Assembly: GCF_006345805.1 (NCBI RefSeq)
Contig: NC_043002.1
Coordinates: 24,986,001-25,050,000, forward strand
Direction of reading: 5' to 3'
Source: Octopus sinensis
Lineage: Eukaryota
DNA length: 64,000 nucleotides
Shown here one piece after another: positions 12,207 through 22,439 of the stretch (within the stretch, counting starts at the first letter, position 1; every line of letters begins with the position of its first letter). The notes beneath the pieces were generated by a model, which was given only the letters and a program-made list of their open reading frames with translations, ran no database searches and was not told where the DNA came from. The position numbers and the translations under genes were made by a program.

Positions 12207-12467
12207 AGATATGTGTCAGAGACACATATCCTTTTATGAGTTTATACCTATCTAAAAAGGAAACGCTGTTCAATGGGCCCTACATTGCACGAGCTTATCG
12301 AAGAGCTTTTTCATTTTTATAGAAGAACAGTATATTTTCTTTGTAAAGTAGCCTACCCATATCGACAAAAATGCAGACGGTTTTATTAGTGATAGAAAAT
12401 GGGACACAATGAAAAAACCCATTGGTAAATGTTAGCAATATAGAATGTCCACACACACACACACATA

Positions 12468-12939
12468 CAGGGGTTGGACAAAATAATAGAAACACCTTAA
12501 AATTTCAAACAAATTTGTTTTAATATGAAGTAGGACCGCCTTTGACAGTAATTACAGCTTGAATTCTATGAGGTATGGACTCGTACAGAGTTTGAATAGT
12601 TTCAAAATAGAGGAGGTTTTTCCCTCTTTCTCGAAGACTGTCATTACTTTCGAGACAGTACTTCTTGATACACCAAACATTTCGGCTGTTTTCGTTACAC
12701 TAGCACCTGCCATACGAGCACCAACAATTTGACTGCTTTGAAAGTCCGATAGATCTGTTATTTTAATGAATTTTAATTACCTTTTTCTAATATTTGAAAA
12801 GAAACAGCAATTAAAAAAAACATATTAAGCAACACTAATAATAAATTTAAAAAATATAAAAATAAACAAGCCTTTGGCGGTTTTATAGATATTTCAAAAT
12901 TATGATGCTAGGTATTTCCATTATTTTGTCCAACCCCTG
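12468..12939 (-). mobile_element. Tc1-family internal-deletion derivative
   Basis: ~30-bp TIRs caggggttggacaaaataat.gaaa, flanked by TA. Encodes transposase N-terminus (DLSDFQSSQIVGARMAGASV) fused to C-terminus (LYESIPHRIQAVITVKGGPT). Confidence 0.92.
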
Positions 12940-13326
12940 TATATAACTGGCGTTAAACGAAGGTGTTATTCAAATCTTTATACTTCTGACATATGTTTCG
13001 AAGAAAACATTGGTATTATTCCAGAAAGAATAAAATGATGTAAAACCATGCAATCTTCCCAGCAGGAAAGGAAAATAGAAGCGAGACGAACCTTTAAGAA
13101 ATTTTTACCAAATGTATATATGATTAAGGGAATGCTGGTTAGTTATTTAAAAAAAAAACATTAATAGATATAACGTCAAAGGCAATTTATAGAAAGAGAA
13201 GAAGGAGAAAGAAAGAAATTAGCAGAAAACTAAGAGTGGAGAAATAAAGTGCAATAGGTGAATAGGAATAAAGATTAAAGGCATGGAAAAAGATATATTT
13301 AGTGGAAATGAAATGTAAGAAGACAG

Positions 13327-13955
13327 TTAATGGTCGAATTCTATAGACTGGTAGAAATTACTTATAGGAACTAAAGGTATGTTTTGCCAATGTTTGCAAT
13401 GATAAACGCATTCTTTAAATGTGTTTACAAGAGGATTCTCTGAGAACAGGATGAAATACAGTTCATCGTTACAGAGCGAACAAAAAGATTTACCTTTATC
13501 ATAAGGAAAGGACCTAGATAGAATATTCCATTCCAAATCAAATTGTTTATCATATTCCTTCAGAGACCAAATTAATTTACTAAGCCCAGTATTGTTGCGT
13601 TTATTGATATGTCTAAATGTAGAGTAATGGTTAGATATTCTTTTGGACAACTGCTATGAAGAACTCAGAAATCAGAATAGGGTTTTCAGACTCCAAAAAC
13701 CTTTCACAAATCATCCCTTCGCATAACAATAAGTTGTTAAATAGAAATCCACTTAATGAAAATAATAACATTGATATTATTAACACTAACCATTCTTTGA
13801 ACAATAACAACAATATTAGTATTTCTGATATAAATTCCAATCGCATTCGCTTTCTTAGCAGTAATTCTGAGACTAGAAAGTCTGTTTCTCAATGTAAAAT
13901 CACTTCCAGTTCTGACGTCTTTTTTATATATAGGTAAAAAAACATTTCACTAAAC
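13327..13955. mobile_element. Penelope-like GIY-YIG region with its 5' half inverted
   Basis: Plus strand 13656-13950 encodes IRIGFSDSKNLSQIIPSHNNK...QCKITS..YIGK. Minus strand 13650-13327 encodes the continuation KRISNHY...WNIL..CSLC...CKH. Confidence 0.75.
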
Positions 13956-14173
13956 CCTGGAATTTCTACCTTTATAAGTAGGCTGTTACATCGTTGGTAC
14001 TTATGTGAATCTTTGCTACCCTGGTAACTACTTATTTTTTGTTCCACGTGATTTGTACACGTTGAAAAAATACACACACACGCACACATACATACATACA
14101 TACATATATACAAATATATATATATATATATATACATACATATACATACATATATATATATTTATATATATGT

Positions 14174-14552
14174 GGAGACGCAATGGCCCAGTGGTTAGGG
14201 CAATGTATTCGCTGTCGTAAGATCGTGGTTTCGATTCCCAGATCAGGCGTTGTGAATGTTTATTGAGCGAAAACACTTAAAACTCCACGAGCCTCCGTCA
14301 GGAGGTAGTAGCGAACCCTACTGTATTTTTTCACCACAACTTTCTCTTACTCTTTCTTCCTGTTTCTGTTGTACCTGTATTTCAAAGGGCGAGCCATGTC
14401 GCACTCTGTGTCACGCTGAATCTCCCTGAGAAATATGTGAAGGGTACACGTGTTTGTGGAGTGCTCAGTCACTGGCACGTTAATTTTATGAGCAGGCTGT
14501 TCCGTTGATCGGATCAACTGGAACTCTCATTGTTGTAGCTGATAGAGTGCCA
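14174..14552 (+). mobile_element. tRNA-derived SINE (head type 2) with tail shared with the CORE-type SINEs at 49300 and 55588
   Basis: A box TGGCCCAGTGG and B box GGTTTCGATTCCC. Same head and body at 63780-63968. Confidence 0.85.
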
Positions 14553-14628
<76 letters not shown>

Positions 14629-14999
14629 TAATATTAAGGGATCAGCAAAAGAAATGCATCACCACACACCGAAGTTCAGAAATAGCAGCCAAAATCTAAG
14701 CCATTTCTTCTACTTAAAAAAAGGTCTACTAGAGAAACCATAATACTTGAATCTTATTCATCCAGCAGAGGGTAACGTAACGAAAATCAATCAATATCCA
14801 ATTATCCATAGACGCGCGTTCGGAATCAGGTTTTAAATAAAGAATATCCAAAAATATAAACTTTACTAACCACATTCCTCCTCAGTATGGATTTTCTGCA
14901 ATAATCCGAAGGTACTAAAACATTAGAACGACTCCTTCAATGTAACGGCCGCTAATGTTAGTACCGCCGGATTCAAAACATGAATGAAAGTCGCTTATC

Positions 15000-15345
15000 C
15001 TCCTCTGCCTTTCCACGTGTGTCTTAAAATCCTGTTCTTCCAACTCCATTTCCATTGCTGTTCATTTCAGTATTGTCTTGTTCATTTCAGCATTGTCAAA
15101 GCCTTTAAAGTCATTGACAAATTGTGGGCACAGTTTCTTCCACATACCATCCATAGCTGTGCTCTTCATCTAATTCCACGCAGCTGCTATGTTTCATATG
15201 GCTTTGTAGATGTCGTAACTTTTCAAAAAGTCATGGTCTGTGATGCTTTCATCGTTGTCAGTTGCAGATATTGCTTGGCGTAATGTACACTTCATATAAA
15301 AGCGCTAAAAGATGGCAATTATCCCCTGGCCCATTGGTTGCAGCA
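15000..15345 (-). mobile_element. Tigger/pogo (DDE_1) transposase fragment
   Basis: QPMGQGIIAIF...LKSYDIYKAI*NIAAAWN...MDGMWKKLCPQFVNDFKGFD matches the Tigger C-terminal pattern. Confidence 0.8.
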
Positions 15346-15374
15346 GCGAGATAGTTTTAGGAGGGAGAAAGAGG

Positions 15375-15419
15375 TCTTACAGCTGTTTCCGGGATATTTA
15401 TATATCCCTTCATCAGAAA
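15375..15419 (-). ncRNA. Minimal type I hammerhead ribozyme motif, probably from a Penelope-like pLTR
   Basis: ttt-CTGATGA-a-gggatat(ataa)atatccc-g-GAAA-c(agct)-GTA-aga. Confidence 0.7.
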
Positions 15420-15819
15420 CGGTACGAGAAAGATAACGGTAATGTTGAAGTAATAATTATTGTAGAGATGATATGAAATACAGAGGGAAGTGAAGGAATG
15501 AAAATAGAATTGAGATACGTAAGGATATTGCATTTGCAGTTCCATTATTTAAGCAGAATAGTGTATATATAAGTTTCCTGTGCCTTGTGTGTGTTCCAAT
15601 GGTGTTTATATTTGGTCATTCCAAGCATAGAGTCTTGTAAATGGTATTATTCGATTGAGGGTTTTTTTGGAGCGACTTAAAAATTGGGAAAGTGTTTGTA
15701 AGGTGAAATCAAAAACAGGAAGAGAAAAAAAAGGGGGACAGAGACAATAAATAACTGAAGATAGAGAAGACGTGTTAGCTAGTGGTCAGGATAAAATGAT
15801 AGATGTGTATATCGATGTA

Positions 15820-15855
<36 letters not shown>

Positions 15856-16283
15856 TGTGTGAAAATATGCATGCATATAAAGATAAAGAGATTGAAGAAA
15901 AAAGTTATTGTCTCTAGGTCAGATTCCTTCTTTCAACGCTTTCCACTTGCAGTTAAAGGTACACACACGCACACGCTCTCTCTCACACACACATATGCAC
16001 GCACTCACACACACACACGTTACTTCTAAACTTAATTATTTCTGTGAGGCATTGAAAACTGGTTATATTTTATGAATCAAGTAAATAAAGAATATGTTCC
16101 AAAATTTAAATTTTGAATCTAGTTTAATTATCAAATTGCATCTCTCAGTAGCTAAAAGCCTTTTTTTTTCTGCTTTAGAATTATTGTATATATGTTGAAA
16201 TGTTTTTCATGAAACTGAACCTTTTTTTTTCTTATATTTTCCTATGCTTTTCGTCATTCTGTCAAACACTTGAAATTACTAAA

Positions 16284-16510
16284 TCTCTTATTATAAAAGG
16301 CAGATTTTATCTGCCTCCCTTTGGGAGTTATACAAATCTACAATATAGGATTTCTTCAATTACAATTTACCTAGCATCGCGTCATGCCAGGTCCAGTTTT
16401 AAAAATTTAAACTCCAATTAAGCAAAATTTACAGAAAACTCACATTCTGGTGTGTGTGTCAAATGCTTTTCTTAGTCTGGTTTACACCACACGCAAACGC
16501 ACACACACGG
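16284..16510 (+). mobile_element. Possible Helitron-like 5' fragment
   Basis: Begins A|TCTCTTATTATAAAA, similar to the 5' end at 17717. No 3' hairpin or CTAG found. Confidence 0.3.
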
Positions 16511-16718
16511 TGTGCAACGAATAAAGTGAAACTAGATGTAATATTTGTTTCTGTCTATGAGGCTGATAGATACATGAGTAAAATGTATGGGAAGCTAACA
16601 CATAAGAGTGAGTGAAAATGTTCTTGGAAGAGAGTAAATAGCGACAGAGAGTGATTTGAGGAAGACTTTACATTAAATAACCGTAGTGGCTTGTGTTAGT
16701 AATAAAGTAAACATACAT

Positions 16719-16751
<33 letters not shown>

Positions 16752-17106
16752 TAAACACACACATACATACATACACACACACATACATACACACATACAT
16801 ACATACATATACATACATACAAACACACACACACACACATACACACACACACAGTATTGAAGCTTGAGAACAATCAGATACATTTGCAACACATCTGTTG
16901 AAAATATTATTGTTCACACACATACATATACATATATACATACAGACAGACAGACAGATAGACACACACACACACACACACACATGATCCAGCATGGCCA
17001 CAACCTCAAGGCTGAAACATATAAAAGAATAACAGAATATAAATGTGTGCATGTGTGTGAGAGAGAGAGTGTGTGTGTATATGTATGTATGTATGTATAT
17101 ATATAT

Positions 17107-17700
17107 AATAATGCGGTTTTTTCAACAGCTTGAACTAAAAGTCAGAGGGGAATGGGATAAACTACTTATATTAACTTGCTATAAAAGCAGGCAGTAATTT
17201 TATCTTGTCCTTATTCATAGTGCAAGTTTTGAAGAGTGCATTTCGATTTTAACAGCTATTTTTTTCAAAGCTATATTGGAAGTAACAAAGGAGCATATTT
17301 GGCATATTTTGCTTTATGAGTTCAATAAAGACAACAACGCAACGGAAAGTACAAGAAATATTAATGCAGTATATGGGGATTGGACAATAAGCGTAAGGCA
17401 GTGTCAATGGTGGTTCCAGAAATTCCGAGCCATAAACTACAGCCTAGAAGACGAGCCTCATCCTGAAAGATCTGTAGAACTCGACAAGGACATCCTGAAA
17501 ACCCTGGTGGAACAAAATCTCATCGTAACTGTTGAGGAACTAGCAGAGAAGCTTGGATTTGGTCATTCAACCATTCATTGAGACCTGTGTGCTATCGGAA
17601 AAGTCAGCAAATTGGGTCAATGGGTTCCTCACGAACTTTCCGAGTCTAATTGCATGCAGAGAGTGAATGTATGCTTTTCTTTGCTGTCACATCTCACCAC
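17107..17700 (+). mobile_element. mariner transposase 5' fragment (pseudogene)
   Basis: HILLYEFNK..NATESTRNINAVYG...WFQKFR...LEDEP...TVEELAEKL...GQWVPHEL. Truncated near the Helitron. Confidence 0.9.
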
Positions 17701-17716
17701 TACTGCGCTATGTATA

Positions 17717-18352
17717 TCTATATATATAAAACTGTAGTTGTGTGAGTGTCTGTCCCCTTCGATTTAGATTCCTAACTACTCCCACATTTTGCGGTGCAGT
17801 TTAACCAAATTCGGGTAGCTTATAGTCGTGATTCATATCGAGCCCGTCTGAGTATTAGCGCGCGTCTACGATGAGTCTACGATTTTAAAAATAATTTAAC
17901 ATAATTTTTTATTCCATTTTAATGCATAATTTTTCGTGTGTCGATGGCGGCGGAGTTGGCGTCCACGCTCACACCTGCACCTGTGGGGAAGGGAGTGTAA
18001 GGAAATCAACGTCGTAATGCGTTGTCAAGGAGACCAGCGTTCTTTTAGAACAACGACTTCATGGCTTGAAGACACCAAAACAGAAATGGCTAAGAAAGCG
18101 TCTACATGAGTCTACGATTTAAAAAAAAAATTACCATGGTTTTTTTCCATTTTAATGCATTTTTTCGCTATTATATAAGGGAAGTAACTCTCTAAAAATG
18201 TCTACGATGAGTCAACGATTTAAAAAAAAATTTACCATCATATTTTTTCCATTTTTAATGCATTTTTGGCTATTTTTTGGCTATAACTCTCTAAAAATGC
18301 TTATATAGTTATTTCCCTTACAAACCCGAGCAACGCCGGGCGATACTGCTAG
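17717..18352 (+). mobile_element. Non-autonomous Helitron
   Basis: A|TC 5' end (tctatatatataaaa), 3' hairpin cccgagcaacgccggg, CTAG|T end, no TSD, and three internal ~70-bp repeats. Confidence 0.9.
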
Positions 18353-19334
18353 TACTAAATAAAAGTGAGCATAATTAATTAGTTACTGGGGCAAAACGAG
18401 TAATTTCCGATTTCTTATTTTCTCCCTACCAGTTTTCAACCACTACAACGCAAGTATGGTATTCCTATTCTGTACCATTGCATCACATTTGGGAGTAAAA
18501 ATTGGTCAGTATAGTTTATGTAGTTGTTGAAGTTGTGAAAGTTTTTGAGATATCAGTGACAGGTACTTTTTTTCAAGAAATTTTTCCTCGACTTTGACCC
18601 GATTGTAATTGGGACAGCTAATAAAATACCTGGATAATTTTTGGTGTTTAACCACCAATATTCTTTTCTCTGTTGGAGTCTACATCAATATATATCTAAT
18701 TTGATAATCTTCAAGTTTCAAAAATAACAGCAAAACAAAAATGTCTAAACTGGAGCAAAATGAGTAATGACTAATATTAATAATTTCTTCTCTTTAACTG
18801 CATTGTGCATAAATATACCAGGAAGAGAGCCACTCTAGCAACCTGTGAAGAAGCTATAGAAAATATTTGATGTTGACCTTTTAGACTTAGAGTTTCGTTA
18901 ATTCCATATGTACTATTTTTCCATGATCCTCTTTCATTTAACTAAGATATTTAAATTTTTTCTTGCACTCCTGATCTTTCTGATGTCTAAAGACGGATGT
19001 TTATGTGTATGAGTTCATTTTCAAATGAAATTCTGAAGAACCGAAAAGGCAACTTCACCTTGTTTTACTCATTTTGCCTGCCTGCTCTTGTCTTTTATAC
19101 ATGCTCAAAGAGAACGGTGATAATTTTCTGAAATAGTGTTCTAAATATGTTATAGTTTTTATTGCATTTAGAGAAGGTCTCTGATTAGCTTATATAGTTC
19201 TGGCAAGGTAGTGAACGTTTATAAAAGATATTGTTACGGAGGTAAATAAACAGAAAAACATTGTGCCCCTTGTTCCGTTGGTTGGAGTTGAACCGGCGCT
19301 CCAGTTGTTCAGGACGATGGAATCTTCTTTGTCC

Positions 19335-19560
19335 GGCGAGCTGGCAGACACGTTAGCGCGCCGGGCGAAATGCTTAGCGGTATTTCGTCTGTCGTTACGT
19401 TCTGAGTTCAAATTCCGCCGAGGTCAACTTTGCCTTTCATCCTTTCGGGGTCAATAAATAAAGTACATGTTACGCACTGGGTTCGATGTAATCGACTCAA
19501 TCCCTTCGTTTGTCCTTGTTTGTCCCCTCTATGTTTAGTCCCTTGTGGGCAGTAAAGAAA
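19335..19560 (+). mobile_element. tRNA-derived SINE with Tx1-like 3' tail
   Basis: A and B boxes present. Tail ends ccttgtgggcagtaaagaaa. Confidence 0.92.
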
Positions 19561-19899
19561 TATATATATATATACGAGCAAAACGCCCCCCCCCCGTCCA
19601 ATGGACAGTATTGAGTTGTCAAACATTTAGACCAAATTTTCTCAAAACAACTTGTCCGACCGTCTCATAGGCCTCCCCTTTGAGAAACACGGATTTAAAC
19701 TAAATTTGAGACACCAGCAAAAGAAGAAATAAAGATAGACTTTTTTTCTATTCCAAACAAAAACGATTTTATTCACACAAATATGCAACCAAAGAGTTTA
19801 AAGTACCAGTAATGATAAAGCTGTTGACTGGGAGAACACAAACTTGTCCATTCATCAGTTCTTTTTTCATTATTTTCTTTTTGTTTAACATAATTTACA

Positions 19900-20640
19900 A
19901 TGTTCACATTGAAGTTTGGCACGGTGGAGGTGCACTTCGTTAATGAGAATGAAGCAAAGAAGTACTCCACCGTAGCCTTGAAATTGGCATAGTGGGCACT
20001 CTTGCCTAATTACTATGGTTGACACGCAGCCAGAGTTAGGATAGGGAGAGTGCCACCCAAAATTAACAAGGACTGACTTGTGGCAGCCAACCTCTACAAT
20101 ACAGAGGAGAAAGTAGAGATACTGAAAATGTCAAAGACAGCGGAGGTCAACTGGTGGGGGTAGGCCTGGAAGTTATGGTACATACCAGCCTGCCTGACCT
20201 CCACAAAATTGTGGAAGAGATAATCCTACCCGACGAAACCAGATTGAGAATCGTGGTGGAGGGTAGACCGCCAATATGTTTCAAATGTTGAGTAAGGGGG
20301 CATATAAAGGCAAAGTGTCCCCAGAAACACGAACAGGAGGTGGAGTGCCAGGAAGAAGTCAATGTAATAACAGAGAAAGAAACAGAGTTCACTGAGGTAA
20401 AGAGGAGAGAAAATAGTGAATCCCCTCCGAAAAAGAAAAGAAAAGCAGAGGAAAAGGAAAAAATAAAAAAATGAAGCAACGAGAGATCGAACACAGGAAC
20501 CAGAGCCTTCAACAAGTAAGGAAGAGGAGGGACGGAAGGAACTGGAAGATGAGATATAAACACCAGCAATAAGAACAGAGAATGAAGAGAGAATGTCAAC
20601 TAAAGGAAAACATGAAAGACTGATAGTGATGTATGAGAAA
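19900..20640 (+). pseudogene. Degenerate ORF1 of a Tx1-like LINE
   Basis: KFGTVEVHF...RVRIGRVPP and RLRIVVEGRPPICFKC*VRGHIKAKC align with ORF1 at 38652 (KFSTVEVRF; MVEGRQPRCFLCGKKGHIRKNC). Confidence 0.8.
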
Positions 20641-21073
20641 AGTGTTGAAATAGAGAAATGAATTGCAAAAATGAAAGGCGTAATAAGAGTGAGATTGGCA
20701 GATAGGGAGGAGAATAGAAACCTGAAAACAGCGTTGCTGGATGACGAAAGGGCAGCTAGACTGACAGAGATATTTTGTTAAACAGATTTTCTTAGATAAG
20801 TCATGAATTTCTTTTTAAAACAATATTGTTGAATTTTGTTAGATTTTTATTGTAAAAATATTGATTTCTATATTGTTATTTGTTAATTATAAGTTACGAT
20901 ATGTATATTTATTTACTTATTATTATTATTATTATTGTTATTATTTTGTGAACTATAATCTTAACATATTACATATAATTTACGTTGGAAAATAGTTTTG
21001 TAAAACAAAATCTTATCGAATAGGTAGTAATTTTTTTATTTGTTATGTAATATTGCATTTAAGTAAATATTTT

Positions 21074-21388
21074 GGGGCACCATTCGAGCGTGATCGTTAC
21101 CAGTGTCGCTTCACTGGCATCTGTGTCGGTGGCACGTGTAAAAAGATTCGAGTGAGTTCATTGCCAGTAGTGCCTGACTGTCCCCTCCCCCGAGCAGGTG
21201 ACACGTAAAAAGCACTCACTACACTCTTGGAGTGGTTGGCGTTAGGAAGGGCATCCAGCTGTAGAAACTTTGCCAGATCAAGACTGGAACCTGGTGCAGC
21301 CATCTGGTTGCCAGCCCTCAGTCAAAACCGTCCAGCCCATGCTAGCATGGAAAACGGATGTTAAATGATGACGATGATGATGATGATG
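21074..21388 (+). mobile_element. RTE 3' UTR fragment with (GAT)n tail
   Basis: Family-diagnostic cactacactc..gagtggttggcgttaggaagggcatccagctgtagaaac...atgttaaatgatga. Confidence 0.85.
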
Positions 21389-22389
21389 AATAGAAACTTT
21401 GGTTAATTCTACAAATGGATGAAATATTAAATCTATACATAAATTGAATTAATTATATAACAAGTTTAACTAATTTGTGTGTATATAATTGAACCATTTT
21501 TCTTTTTTAAATTTTGTAATTATAGTTTGTAGTAATATTATGTATAAGTTAGCATGTAGTTTTTTTAGTACATAATACATAATTAGAATAAGATTAAACT
21601 CAGATGTTTATTAAATAAATACATAAATAAATAATTTAATGGATATTGATTAAATTATAGTAATTTAGCTTCACTTAATGTATATTATGTATTTTAAATA
21701 TTTTGTTTTAAATATTTTGTATTAATTACTTGGAAAACGGATGTTAAACGATGATGATGATGATATACTATAGTTTGTTATTTTCTTCAATAAGCTAAAA
21801 TATATTTTCATAGATAAAATAAATATTTCTATCCTATTTTTATTTACACCACGTTTTTAATGAGATAAATTTATTATAAACACTATGTCCTATGTATTAA
21901 GTTTAAAGATTTAGTTAACAGAATATATTCAATAAGATAAGTCATGTTTTTATTTTAAGATATATTATTGAATTTTGTTCGATTTTTTTATTGTAAAATT
22001 ACGTATTTTTATATATGTTTATCTTTTCTTATAAGATAATATACGTACATTTATTTAATTATTTTGTTTTTATCTTATACCAGATGAGTGACTATATTTA
22101 AATTGAATTGATTTTATTATCAATTTGAAAATATAGCCACGAAATGCATGTAGTCTATTTACTAATTATATACTATTTATTTATTATTTAGTACTTTATT
22201 TAGTTCTAGGTAAATGTTTTATCATATCTTTAATTTTTTCCTATTTGGTATGATTTAAGTATATCATTGTTGAATTGCTTCATGGTGGTTCTTCTCTAAT
22301 TTATATACATGTATTATATATTGGGAAATTTGATTTAGTGTTACTAAATTGAATTTTTCCCTGTAAGTTTGGAATTATATTCCCTAATA

Positions 22390-22425
<36 letters not shown>

Positions 22426-22439
22426 ATATATATATATGT

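Noticed and set aside
12231-12250. TATAAA upstream of the SINE dimer as a third case of the TATA+30 rule
   Set aside because: The offset is 16 nt, not 30. The SINE at 19335 has no upstream TATA either, so these Tx1-tailed SINEs do not support the rule.
19335-19420. tRNA genes at SINE heads
   Set aside because: A and B boxes only, no full cloverleaf, and followed by SINE body and tail.
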